Positions 28,965 to 39,397 of a DNA stretch of 52,322 nt are shown piece after piece (the first letter of the stretch is position 1; each line of letters opens with the position of its first letter). The position numbers and the translations under genes were made by a program. The DNA is taken from positions 1 to 52,322 of IMG/VR virus record IMGVR_UViG_3300037277_000027; one strand, written 5' to 3'. The stretch is from a virus (lineage: Duplodnaviria; Caudoviricetes). Under the pieces are notes generated by a model. The model had not been told where the DNA came from, did not search any database, and worked only from the letters and a program-made list of their open reading frames with translations.

Positions 28965-30533
28965 ATGGATCTTTCAAATTTTTATAAAGATTTTTCTTTT
29001 AAGTATGAGCATTTTGAAGCTTTATTTCAAATTTACTCAGACCTTATGCTTGCTACTAATGACTACATAGAGCAAGTTAAAAGAAATACAGTTATACCTG
29101 ACATAGAGACATATAGGATATTCCCTTTCCAGAGAATCCTTGCAGATAGTGCTACTTATGTTTTAGAAGAAGTTCTTGATGATACAAGGGTTGTAACGAA
29201 ACTTGGACTTGGAAGTATCACTTTAACACAAAGAGTTATTAACTGGAATACAGGACTTATCACAAAAGACCAGAAGATTGATGCTCTCAGTCTTCTTAAT
29301 CTTTATATTCCTCTTGCTGCAATAAGGGGTTATCCTAATGAGCCTTCTTACAATGTTATTGATTTTTCTTTTTTTGATGGAGAGAAAAAATTAGGCAGAA
29401 ATGCTGACTTTGTTTTGCAGTCAAACAGAATTTATCTCCTTGATGAAATAGCAAAGAAGACACAGGGCAAATATCTAGTAATGACTAACATTGCTATAGA
29501 CCTTAGAGAACCAGAAGACCTTATAGGTAAATTCGTAGACATCCAGTATAACGATGGACTTACTAAGAATGAATACAATGAGATTGTTAAGGCCTTAATT
29601 GTTTCGGCTCTTGGTGGTCCTACAATTGCCAATTTAAAGAAAGCTATCCGTTCCATATCAGGCTTTGACCAAGCCGATTTATATGACAAATACGTTGCAG
29701 ATCCAGTAAAACAAAAAAGATGGACTAAAGTTAACTACACAGAATTTGACTTTGTTGTAGTCTTTCCAGAAGAATATTCTGCTCATACGGATAAGCTACA
29801 AATAGTCATTGATTATTTAAAGATGGTAAAACCTGCGTACACTAAGTTCTTTATTGTTTTGCAGTCTTTGTACAGTGATTTGTATAACATCTTACTTAAA
29901 GCTAATGATGCTGAGCATTTAGATGTTATTCGTGAACTAGGGGAAGATACTTTTACAAATCCAGTCTTTGATGAAGTATTGCCAGACTTGCTCAGAGATG
30001 CTTTCGACGAAATCTACGCCCCTATAGCTCCAATTGCTCAAGCATATTATCTTAATGGCCCAGAGAGATTAAACCAAGGCGTATTCACATTCAATGAAAT
30101 ATTTGTCAGTACACAAGATTGGAACTTTGATTACGTTAAGGAACACACTGATGAAATTTATGCTGGTGCAGATGATGAAAGTCATACAGTTATGACGGAC
30201 AACGCAGACGATGCATATACTGCAGTTATTGCAGACTCAGAGTTAGACATTGTCAAAGAAGATATAGAGGAAACATATTCCACCGTTATTTTGGAGGAAA
30301 GCTCTGAGACTTTAGCCGAAGTCTTCTCCGATAATTACACTGGTGCAGAAGACGAGGAGCAATCCACCTTGGTTGAAACTCCTACAGAAGAAAGTTATAA
30401 TAATAGTGACGACACTTATGTCTTATCAACGGCACTCAATACTACGCCACACTACAGGTTAAACGGACCCCAAAGATTGAATGTTGACCTGATGATTGAT
30501 AGAATTACAGATACAGAAACCTACAATTATTAA
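28965..30533 (+). CDS. Baseplate wedge protein with acidic repetitive C-terminus
   Basis: GPTIANLKKAI and LKMVKPAYTKF motifs typical of the gene following baseplate J; acidic tail. Confidence 0.7.
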   Translation: MDLSNFYKDFSFKYEHFEALFQIYSDLMLATNDYIEQVKRNTVIPDIETYRIFPFQRILADSATYVLEEVLDDTRVVTKLGLGSITLTQRVINWNTGLITKDQKIDALSLLNLYIPLAAIRGYPNEPSYNVIDFSFFDGEKKLGRNADFVLQSNRIYLLDEIAKKTQGKYLVMTNIAIDLREPEDLIGKFVDIQYNDGLTKNEYNEIVKALIVSALGGPTIANLKKAIRSISGFDQADLYDKYVADPVKQKRWTKVNYTEFDFVVVFPEEYSAHTDKLQIVIDYLKMVKPAYTKFFIVLQSLYSDLYNILLKANDAEHLDVIRELGEDTFTNPVFDEVLPDLLRDAFDEIYAPIAPIAQAYYLNGPERLNQGVFTFNEIFVSTQDWNFDYVKEHTDEIYAGADDESHTVMTDNADDAYTAVIADSELDIVKEDIEETYSTVILEESSETLAEVFSDNYTGAEDEEQSTLVETPTEESYNNSDDTYVLSTALNTTPHYRLNGPQRLNVDLMIDRITDTETYNY

Positions 30534-30548
30534 AAGGAGGTATGAACT

Positions 30549-31139
30549 ATGGCTTTTTCAGATAAAAGAGTGAAACAAATCGTTGATGACAGCGCACTAA
30601 AAGCTAGAGATATTAATGAAGAAAGAGCTCACTCAGGGATAATAGGTGAAGTTACTGATTATCTTATTTATGCTGACGGAAGAAGAGAGTTAGCTCGTCC
30701 AGTTGACCACAACTTGATAGTAAATAACTGTTCTGTGTTAATTGCGTGTCTAATGAAAGGTGAAGTAGGATATTCAGGAGCCGCATACTGGGCAGTAGGT
30801 TCGGGAAGTGATACTTGGAGTGATACAGTACCTCCGTCCCCACTCATTACAGACTCACAACTCACAGCAGAAACATATCGCAAAGCTATCGTACCAGCTA
30901 CAGACATTGTGTTCTTGGATAGCTCAAACGTTGTTTCTGCAACACCTACAAACAAGATTCAAATAACAGTGACATTCTTCGAAATAGAAGCTAATGGCCC
31001 ACTTAGAGAGTTCGCAATATTTGGTGGTCTTGCTAGTTCAACATTAAATAGTGGATTCATGATAAATCATAAAATACATCCACTTATCTACAAAACAAAT
31101 GCATTACAACTTGAAAGGATTCTGCGCATAACTTTCTAA
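30549..31139 (+). CDS. Baseplate/tail-fibre attachment protein
   Basis: HNLIVN...YWAVGSG...QLTAETYRK...EANGPLREFAIFGG...IYKTN pattern. Confidence 0.7.
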   Translation: MAFSDKRVKQIVDDSALKARDINEERAHSGIIGEVTDYLIYADGRRELARPVDHNLIVNNCSVLIACLMKGEVGYSGAAYWAVGSGSDTWSDTVPPSPLITDSQLTAETYRKAIVPATDIVFLDSSNVVSATPTNKIQITVTFFEIEANGPLREFAIFGGLASSTLNSGFMINHKIHPLIYKTNALQLERILRITF

Positions 31140-31156
31140 GAAGGGAGGATAAATAG

Positions 31157-32533
31157 ATGCCTAATTTTACGTATTACAGTAACTTTGACCCCAATGCAGC
31201 TATTGAGTCAGTAAAATATGCCTCTAATGCATTAGTTCTTGAAGTTGAACTCAATGAAGCTCAGAACATTCTTGATAATAAGATTAAAACTCTTATCAAA
31301 GATAGATTTGGAGATGGCTTCTACAAGACAGGTAGCACTCTTACTTACTCAGGCGGGAATGTTACTCTTTCTAATGACAAGGCCTTCGCTAGTGGAGATA
31401 TAGTTACAATTTCATCATTGACACTTGCTCTTGCAACGGGCGAAAGTGCTTACCTTGATGTCTGGGAACAAGAACTTAATTATACTAACACTATCAAAAA
31501 ATATGGTAACCAACAAGAAGCAAACACTATCACTAACTATATACAAGATGCTAGAACAGGTGAAGAAACAACAAGACGTACTCAGGTTCAATACAATATA
31601 GTGAAGACAACTGGAGTTTCTGGACATACCTACTTGCCTTTGTGCTCTATTGTGTCTGGTTCTCTTGTTGACAACAGAGTCATAGTTGGTAGTTTAGGGA
31701 GCGGAGGTTCTGGTTCTACCAAGAAGCTTTATAGTTCATTCACTGCAACGTTAGCAGGAACTACAAATTGCTTGATAAATCAGCCTGATTACAACCCAAC
31801 CACAGATTATTTAGATGTATTCTACCAAGGTGGAAAACAAACACCAGGAACACATTATACTTTAAATGCTAACAATATCTCCATAGATCTGGCTTTTTCA
31901 ATAGGTGTAGGGGAAGTTATCAATTTTGAAGTAGTTAAAAATATTGCTGTTAGTACTTCGTCAGGAATTGTAATATCTTCGTACCGTAATTCAGTGACGA
32001 CTTCTGGAGCTCAGAGTACAGTAACTATCGGTATTCCTCAGTTCAATCCGACAACAGACTTACTTACTGTTGCTGCAAACACAACACTCCCTCTTCAATC
32101 TGACTTCACTGTCACAGGGACGGGCTCTTCGTCAGCAATAGTTAAAGCATCTGGAACATGGGCTAGTGGTACTCAGTTCGATTTCTTAGTGATAAAGAAT
32201 GTTATTCAGTCTGCAACCGTTGATGGTTCTATACTTGTTGCAGGAACTGTTCCTGTGAGTGCTTTGAATGATGAATTACAAAGCAGACTTGAAGTTTCAA
32301 TAAGCACTTACAGGTCTGCAAAAGATTCTAATGGTAAATTCACTCAAATTGATAAAAAAAGGTCCAATGGAACTTTATTTTCAAGATCAATATTATCCGG
32401 TGGTACAAGTCCTCTGTATACATCAAGGACAGAAACTCTTTATGCTACAAATGGCTCGACAGTCACAGGGACTAAAATATATACACTCAGCTATGACTCA
32501 GACGGAGATATGATAAGCGAGGTGTTAAACTAA
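31157..32533 (+). CDS. Tail fibre (proximal) protein
   Basis: VLEVELNEAQ, AYLDVWEQE, ETTRRTQ N-terminal motifs; two repeats (YNPTTDYLDV / FNPTTDLLTV). Confidence 0.7.
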   Translation: MPNFTYYSNFDPNAAIESVKYASNALVLEVELNEAQNILDNKIKTLIKDRFGDGFYKTGSTLTYSGGNVTLSNDKAFASGDIVTISSLTLALATGESAYLDVWEQELNYTNTIKKYGNQQEANTITNYIQDARTGEETTRRTQVQYNIVKTTGVSGHTYLPLCSIVSGSLVDNRVIVGSLGSGGSGSTKKLYSSFTATLAGTTNCLINQPDYNPTTDYLDVFYQGGKQTPGTHYTLNANNISIDLAFSIGVGEVINFEVVKNIAVSTSSGIVISSYRNSVTTSGAQSTVTIGIPQFNPTTDLLTVAANTTLPLQSDFTVTGTGSSSAIVKASGTWASGTQFDFLVIKNVIQSATVDGSILVAGTVPVSALNDELQSRLEVSISTYRSAKDSNGKFTQIDKKRSNGTLFSRSILSGGTSPLYTSRTETLYATNGSTVTGTKIYTLSYDSDGDMISEVLN

Positions 32534-35500
32534 TGGGCGATAAAAATATTCTATATGAACACGGTATCGTTGGTGGTGGAATCAATTCGAGTACCGTTAG
32601 AGGGTATAAAAAGCAAATAGCCAATCTTACATCTATTGCAGATATATACGACAGAGTCCCTTCTGGAGCGCAAGCTGTTATGTATGATTTGTTTGACGGA
32701 ACAAACGACAGATCTGCTGGGCTCATAGAGAATTATAAAGGGATAGCTCAGTCGGCATATAGTTCTGGAACTTCAACGTTCACTGTTGACACTGTTACTG
32801 GCTTGGCTGTTGGCGAAGAAGTCACTGTTCAAGATGACGTAAATAAAGAAGTTAAAATTGTTCAGAGTTTTGCAGCAGGCACTACTGGAATAAATGTCGG
32901 AGGAGCAAAAACTGTTACTGCTACAGGAGCGACAGTTGCTACAAGTGGAACATTTTCTAGGACTGCAAAAACCATGACAGCAGTTGGTAATGCTCAAATA
33001 GCTACAGCTCAATCTGTTATAGGGTCTTCAAGTATATTTCTTGATGGGTCTGGGGATTACGTTACAGCTCCAGACGATAATGACTGGAATTTAGGTACTT
33101 TTGATTTTACATTAAGTGCTTATGTTAAATTCGCAGCATTGCCCTCAACGTTGACAGCTATGACTATATTTTCTCAGTATGCAGATACAAATAATTATTG
33201 GAGAACAGAAATATATAATAATGCAGGAACATATCAGATTAGCTTTGTAGCCAGATCTGGAGGTACTTTGCTAATTAACAATACTCAAAACATAACTTTG
33301 ACTACTAATACTTGGTATCATTACGAGGTTTGTAGGACAGGAACTGTTTTAAAATACTTCTTAAATGGTATTCAGCAAGGAGCAGATGTACCCTTTAACT
33401 TCACACTTCCAGATGTGGCAAGTACACTATCTATAGGCAGATACAACTCTGTTGTAGGCAATGAATATTACGTTAATGGATACTTGGATGAGATGCATAT
33501 TTCCAGAGGTATTGCTCGCCATACGTCAACGTTTACACCGTCAGTTGTGGCTACTATCCCTGATCCGTATACAGTGCTTTTGCTTCATTGCGAAGGAACT
33601 AATGGCTCAACAACTTTCACTGACGACAATACAACGTATACAGTGCCTCCTAAGTTTGGAGCTGGGATGGCTACAATTGGAGCATCGGCGCAATATCTAA
33701 GCACTCCGCACAGCACAGACTTATCTCTGACTACAGGGGACTGGACTATAGAAGGGTGGCTTTTTGGTCAAGCTTCAATAAGTAAGATTCTTGTTCACAA
33801 AGGTAGCAACGGTTCCGCAGGGACATATTCTTTCATATTGTTTATTGATAGTGGAAATCTTTTAGATTTTCAGCTTTATGATGGTGTTGAAAAATCTGTG
33901 AATATAGCAAGAGCCTCTGTATTAACAACTGGATGGAACCATGTCGCTGTTGTGCGTTCTGGCAACACAGTAACAATGTATGTTAATGGTGTTAGCGTAG
34001 GAACACCTCTCACTGGTGTAGGAACATTATCTGATAATGCGGCATGGCCTTTGTCTATAGGTGGAGCATCTTATGCTTCAATATATTCAATAAATAGTTA
34101 TTTAGATGAGTTCCGAATATCAAAAGGAATCGCAAGATACACAGCAAATTTTACACCACCATCCTTGCCAAGCACAACAGACACATATACTAAGCTTCTT
34201 TTGCACATGGATGGAACGAATGGTTCCACATCATTCCCAGACTCTAGCGAGCAAGTTGGTACAGGAACTACAGTAACGTTTACAGCGGCAACAACAAATT
34301 CTTACAAAAATAAAGCTGTGGTGTATCGTTCACTTTATAATATTTCCAATTACAAGCTCAAAATGGGAGACTGGGCAAGTCTTAGAGCTTTTGGTGGGAA
34401 GACAGTTACTGCTGTTGGAGATGCTAAAATTGCAACGACCACACCACTTAGGCTCGCCACAAAAACAGTGACACCAGTAAATGTAACAACTATTACCAGT
34501 GGCGCAGTTAGAGGGGCTAAAACATTAACACCTCATGGTAATGCTCAAGTGTCAACATCACAGTTTAAGTTAGGGACAGGATCAGCACTTCTTGACGGTA
34601 CTGGGGACTATATTTCAACACCAGACCATACAGATTTCGACTTCGGCTCTAGCGACTTTACTATAAGATGCTTTATTTATCCTGTAGCTAAAGGCTCTAT
34701 GATTGTGACTCACGGTGGTGCAGGGTATGCTTCTGCAAATCAAATAGGTTGGTACTTTCAGATAGATGTAAACTCTTTGACATTCGCAAAAATAGATACG
34801 TACAACGGAAGTCCAGTGTCCTCAACATTTTCATACACAGTTCCTCTCAGTCAGTGGACACACTTGGAAGTTGTGAGAACTGGAAACACACTGAAATTAT
34901 TTGTAGATGGAACACAACAGGGTGGAGATAAAGCTTTTACTGGCTCTATAGTGGACTCAACACAGATATTATCTATTGGTAGTGATATGGATGGCAACGG
35001 TGGATTCAATGGTTACATTGATGAATTAGAGATATCTAAAGGGATAGCAAGACATACTACAAATTTCACTCCGCCAACAACAGCATTAACATCAGATCAA
35101 TATACTGTTCTTTTAATGCACTCAGATGGTACTAATGGCTCGACTACATTTGCAGATGACGTGACTGGAGGAACTATAGGACCTAAATTTGGTACTGCAA
35201 TGGCGACATTTGATGGAACAGGTGATTACTTGTCAGTTCCAGACAGTACAGACTTCGCATTCACCAATGGCAACTTTACAATGGAAGGTTGGGTATGGCT
35301 AGGTTCCTTACCTTCAACCAGTGTCGATATGATGGTCTTTACACAAAAGACAGCATATAACTCGAACAATCAGATATCTGTATATATCAGTAATCTTGCA
35401 GGTGTCATGAACATGAGGACAATATTCACATATGATGGAGTTACTGGAATTTCTCACAACACTCCGATACCTAGCATAAATGCTAACACTTGGTATCACA

Positions 35501-36570
35501 TAGCTTCTGTGAGAAATGGCACTAGTGTTTTAAATTTCTTTAATGGTATCCTTCTTGGGACTTATAACATAGGAACTAACTCACTATTTGACAGCACAGC
35601 AACATTTAAGATTGGTGGATTATCAGACGGTGCATTCGTAGCAGACTTTTTTGGCTACATGGACGACGTGCATATATCCAAAGGAATAGCTAGATACACT
35701 GCTGACTTTACGGTGCCGACATCTCCAGCAAGTGCTGATGCTTACACAGTTCTGCTACTTCATATGGATGGAACTAATGGAGGTACGACATTTACAGATG
35801 ATGCAGGTTCTTTAACTCCTAAGTTTGGGACAGGAATGTTAGTTCTCGATGGTAATGGGGACTATTTGACAATCCCAGACTCAGCTGACTTCTCATTCGG
35901 GAGTGCAGACTGGACTATTGAGGGTTGGTTTAATTTTGCCTCGTTCGCATCGTTTGCAGACCCTTCACTATTTGGTCAGTTTGTTGACTTAAACAATAGA
36001 TTTCATATAGGTTATCACTCAGGTTCTAGTCAGATATATGTCATAGCTTATTCTGGAGGAACCGCAATTTTAGATGGGACAGCGAGTGCAACGTTAGCGC
36101 TGAATGTTTGGTATCACATAGCTGTGCAGTCACGGTCTGGAGCTATCGAAGTTTATTTGAACGGAACTAAACTTACGAACTCTGGAGACATGACCAGTGG
36201 TACTTTGCTTGATGTTGCAGCTCCTGTGGAGATAGGTAGACTTAACTATTCGTCAAACTACGGATACGTTTATGGCAGGATGGATGATTTAAGAGTTTCG
36301 AAGGGTATCGCAAGATATACGTCGAATTTTACGGCTCCATTATCACAACTAACACCAGACGACTACACTGTTTTATTGCTTCATATGGACGGAACTAACG
36401 GATCAGTATTGTTCTCGGATGATTTAGGAACAGCAATCCCTCTTCTTTCAACAGATATACGTTACTCTGTAACACCACCACTTGGAACGGCTAAGGAATT
36501 GGCTGTATGGGTAGAACACGAAACAGACACAACAGCAGCAAGTTACACTGTTAACATAGTGGAAAACTAA
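32533..36570 (+). CDS. Receptor-binding/tail fibre protein with five LamG (concanavalin A-like) domains
   Basis: Five copies of DFT/DWT...W(Y/N/T)H...Y(L/I/M)D(E/D)xxxS(K/R)GIAR(Y/H)TxxFT...LLLH. Confidence 0.85.
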   Translation: MGDKNILYEHGIVGGGINSSTVRGYKKQIANLTSIADIYDRVPSGAQAVMYDLFDGTNDRSAGLIENYKGIAQSAYSSGTSTFTVDTVTGLAVGEEVTVQDDVNKEVKIVQSFAAGTTGINVGGAKTVTATGATVATSGTFSRTAKTMTAVGNAQIATAQSVIGSSSIFLDGSGDYVTAPDDNDWNLGTFDFTLSAYVKFAALPSTLTAMTIFSQYADTNNYWRTEIYNNAGTYQISFVARSGGTLLINNTQNITLTTNTWYHYEVCRTGTVLKYFLNGIQQGADVPFNFTLPDVASTLSIGRYNSVVGNEYYVNGYLDEMHISRGIARHTSTFTPSVVATIPDPYTVLLLHCEGTNGSTTFTDDNTTYTVPPKFGAGMATIGASAQYLSTPHSTDLSLTTGDWTIEGWLFGQASISKILVHKGSNGSAGTYSFILFIDSGNLLDFQLYDGVEKSVNIARASVLTTGWNHVAVVRSGNTVTMYVNGVSVGTPLTGVGTLSDNAAWPLSIGGASYASIYSINSYLDEFRISKGIARYTANFTPPSLPSTTDTYTKLLLHMDGTNGSTSFPDSSEQVGTGTTVTFTAATTNSYKNKAVVYRSLYNISNYKLKMGDWASLRAFGGKTVTAVGDAKIATTTPLRLATKTVTPVNVTTITSGAVRGAKTLTPHGNAQVSTSQFKLGTGSALLDGTGDYISTPDHTDFDFGSSDFTIRCFIYPVAKGSMIVTHGGAGYASANQIGWYFQIDVNSLTFAKIDTYNGSPVSSTFSYTVPLSQWTHLEVVRTGNTLKLFVDGTQQGGDKAFTGSIVDSTQILSIGSDMDGNGGFNGYIDELEISKGIARHTTNFTPPTTALTSDQYTVLLMHSDGTNGSTTFADDVTGGTIGPKFGTAMATFDGTGDYLSVPDSTDFAFTNGNFTMEGWVWLGSLPSTSVDMMVFTQKTAYNSNNQISVYISNLAGVMNMRTIFTYDGVTGISHNTPIPSINANTWYHIASVRNGTSVLNFFNGILLGTYNIGTNSLFDSTATFKIGGLSDGAFVADFFGYMDDVHISKGIARYTADFTVPTSPASADAYTVLLLHMDGTNGGTTFTDDAGSLTPKFGTGMLVLDGNGDYLTIPDSADFSFGSADWTIEGWFNFASFASFADPSLFGQFVDLNNRFHIGYHSGSSQIYVIAYSGGTAILDGTASATLALNVWYHIAVQSRSGAIEVYLNGTKLTNSGDMTSGTLLDVAAPVEIGRLNYSSNYGYVYGRMDDLRVSKGIARYTSNFTAPLSQLTPDDYTVLLLHMDGTNGSVLFSDDLGTAIPLLSTDIRYSVTPPLGTAKELAVWVEHETDTTAASYTVNIVEN

Positions 36571-36586
36571 TGGAGGTGAGGAACAA

Positions 36587-39346
36587 ATGGCTTTAAGAAA
36601 TGGCATACAAGTTTTAAGTGGAAATTACACATTGCAAACTACATTAGGAGATGGCGGACGCAAGATTGTCCGCCTAAGCAATGGTTGGTTTGTGACGGCT
36701 ATCTTGGGGACTTCAAGCATACTCTACTATGTTTCCAAGGATGACGGAGCTACATGGACTCAACTTTGCTATTCCACTGCATCTTCTTTGTCAGGATGGG
36801 CATTGGCGAGTTACGGCACAACTGTTTATTGTATAATTAGTGTTGCTGCAGCAACAACTATCACTTTGAGAAAGTTTGATGCATCGACAGTATCCAATAT
36901 CGATCAGACAGCAGCGTCAACAATAGACACTGCCCAAACAGCATTTGGAAATGGATGTTCGATCGTGTCAGATTCAACAGGGATATTACATGCTTGTTGG
37001 ACAAGCAAAAATTCCAATTACCCAAACTCTTTCAACTTAAGATATTCTAAGAGCACAGATGGGGGTATTACCTGGGCAACACCTACGCAATTATATACAC
37101 TGAATACTGCTGGACAAAATGACACTAATCCATCAATAGCAGTAAGATCTAATGGCTATCCTTTTATTGCTTTTGAATATGTCATAGGTTCAACTTACTT
37201 TATAGCTGAAGAACGTTGGAATGGAACAACGTGGAACAGCAGTCCTGATGTAACCCCTTCAGGATTAGCTTATGCTCAAAGCAATGCTTGCACATGTATA
37301 ACGTCTGATGATGTTATACATGTGGTGTGGCAAGGTAAAGATGCTACTGACTCCAGTGTTTATAATATAAGATATTCAAAATCTACCGACCTAGGAGTCT
37401 CTTGGTCAACACCATTAAAACTTACTAGTGGCAATACGTATGACCAAACAGCACCAACTATCACTCGTGATAAAAATAATGTTCTTTATGTTACATGGAG
37501 TGGTAATGATTCATCCACAAAGGGTCAGATAAAGAAAATGGCATATGTCAATGGATCTTGGAGTGGAATAACAACATTTACTAACAATGCGACATATAAG
37601 ACTTATCAAGTTTCAAGTTGCATGAACTATACAGATTTTACAGATCCTATCTGCGTCTACATTGAAGATGGAGTATCAGTTAAATTTAGAGGTGGTTTCG
37701 TTGGTGCTGATGCGAGTGTTACGGCAGATACTTACATTGCAAACACTGCGTACGACACTAGCGATAATGGTCAAAGGAAGCTTGTAAAGCTCTCTAATGG
37801 TTGGCTAATTGCTATGGTTGTTGAATTGAACACAAGAATAAGATTCTACAAATCAACTGACAACGGTGTTACTTGGACATATCTATGTTTTAGAACAATA
37901 ACAACTTCAACATATTTTACATCCATAACATCTTACAATAACACTGTATATTATGCATTGACCACATCGACATCTAGTGGTGCATATATGGGTAAGTTTG
38001 ATGCAACTATAGTGTCCAATGCAGATCAAACATCAACAGAAGTGACAATGGACACCTCTCAAACTGCATTGAATGATATTTGTATAATTTCTGATGCAGT
38101 GGGAACATTATATTCTGCATGGACGAGTACTAATGCAACATATCCTAACTCTTGGAATATTAGATACTCAAAAAGTACTAATGGAGGAGCTTCGTGGGCT
38201 GCCCCAACACAAATTACAACGCTCAACACTAATAACTTTAACTACGCTTCATGTCACATGGTTCTTACTTCAGCGAACAATCCAGTCATAGTATCGTCGA
38301 CCAGAGAAGGCGCTTCAGCTTATTATGTGAGATCGTTCACTTACACAGGGTCTGTTTGGAACGCTGTTGTTACTGTAGAGTCAGCAGGTATTTACCCTCG
38401 CGGAAGAAATTCTGTAGTTACAGATACTAGTGGCATTATACACGCTGTATTCTTTGGTGCTGACTCTACAGATTCTGCAAAGAACAATGTAAGGTATAGT
38501 AAATCTACAGACAATGGAGCTACATGGTCTTCAGCATTAAAACTCACATCTGGTAATGCTTATGACCAAAATGTTCCATCTATATGCTATAACTCAGCAG
38601 GAGATCTTGCTGTAGTGTTCTCTGGAGGAGCTTCTGGATTTGCCGCAAGAAATATAAAGGTAATCAAATATTCTGGGGGGAGTTGGGGTTCTGCAGCTCA
38701 AGTAACAAATGAATGCGGGGCTTCAAACTTAACAGATCCTTCAACGATATCTTACTTTGGAAGTTTAACCGACCCAGCATTTATTTATGCTGACACTAGT
38801 GTAGGGGCCGTGAAGTATTTCAATTCTTATCTAGCAGTAACTGCGACAGTTACTATGAATAGCTTGAATTATGCAGCATTAGCTTGGACTATTTCTAATC
38901 CTGTTGGAGGAGCAATAACAGCTTGTAGACTTAAAATAAATGGAACATTGAAACAAACTTACACAACTGGACTTACAAGTCCTCTATCGTATACAATAAA
39001 TATAAGTGATCTGAATGTAGGCTCGAACACTATAACTATAGAGGCTGATGTTGTCAGTGTATTAGCTACAACAAAGAGTTTAACAGCTTCAAAAGTAGCG
39101 AATTCGTGGAGCGTAGATGAAACAACATTCAGTGTCAATGGATATCTTAGCATTGTCGGAGCTTCATCTAATGAGAGCTATATAGCTGCAACCAAAACAA
39201 ACTCAGGACTTACAGCCAATACAGGAGAAAATCAGCTCATTGCAGTTCCTGGGACTGGTGCTAAAATCACTGAAAAATTAACGCTAACAAGAAGTTCATC
39301 GAGTATAGACAAAGGCTTAACAAAAATAACAGGTGCTCTGGGTTAA
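36587..39346 (+). CDS. Tail fibre/spike protein with two BNR (Asp-box) beta-propellers
   Basis: Repeated YSKSTDxGxTW; duplicated RK(I/L)V(R/K)LSNGW start; Ig-like linker; C-terminal LTRSSSSIDKG. Confidence 0.8.
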   Translation: MALRNGIQVLSGNYTLQTTLGDGGRKIVRLSNGWFVTAILGTSSILYYVSKDDGATWTQLCYSTASSLSGWALASYGTTVYCIISVAAATTITLRKFDASTVSNIDQTAASTIDTAQTAFGNGCSIVSDSTGILHACWTSKNSNYPNSFNLRYSKSTDGGITWATPTQLYTLNTAGQNDTNPSIAVRSNGYPFIAFEYVIGSTYFIAEERWNGTTWNSSPDVTPSGLAYAQSNACTCITSDDVIHVVWQGKDATDSSVYNIRYSKSTDLGVSWSTPLKLTSGNTYDQTAPTITRDKNNVLYVTWSGNDSSTKGQIKKMAYVNGSWSGITTFTNNATYKTYQVSSCMNYTDFTDPICVYIEDGVSVKFRGGFVGADASVTADTYIANTAYDTSDNGQRKLVKLSNGWLIAMVVELNTRIRFYKSTDNGVTWTYLCFRTITTSTYFTSITSYNNTVYYALTTSTSSGAYMGKFDATIVSNADQTSTEVTMDTSQTALNDICIISDAVGTLYSAWTSTNATYPNSWNIRYSKSTNGGASWAAPTQITTLNTNNFNYASCHMVLTSANNPVIVSSTREGASAYYVRSFTYTGSVWNAVVTVESAGIYPRGRNSVVTDTSGIIHAVFFGADSTDSAKNNVRYSKSTDNGATWSSALKLTSGNAYDQNVPSICYNSAGDLAVVFSGGASGFAARNIKVIKYSGGSWGSAAQVTNECGASNLTDPSTISYFGSLTDPAFIYADTSVGAVKYFNSYLAVTATVTMNSLNYAALAWTISNPVGGAITACRLKINGTLKQTYTTGLTSPLSYTINISDLNVGSNTITIEADVVSVLATTKSLTASKVANSWSVDETTFSVNGYLSIVGASSNESYIAATKTNSGLTANTGENQLIAVPGTGAKITEKLTLTRSSSSIDKGLTKITGALG

Positions 39347-39348
39347 AC

Positions 39349-39370
39349 GGAAGAGGCTAAACCCTCTTCC
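39349..39370 (+). terminator. Hairpin between fibre genes
   Basis: GGAAGAGG-CTAAAC-CCTCTTCC; weak U-tract. Confidence 0.45.
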
Positions 39371-39397
39371 TAAAATTAAAAAGGAGGCGATCCTTGA

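Noticed and set aside
10711-31139. Tailocin or extracellular contractile injection system
   Set aside because: Capsid, protease, neck and helicase genes are present, consistent with a true phage
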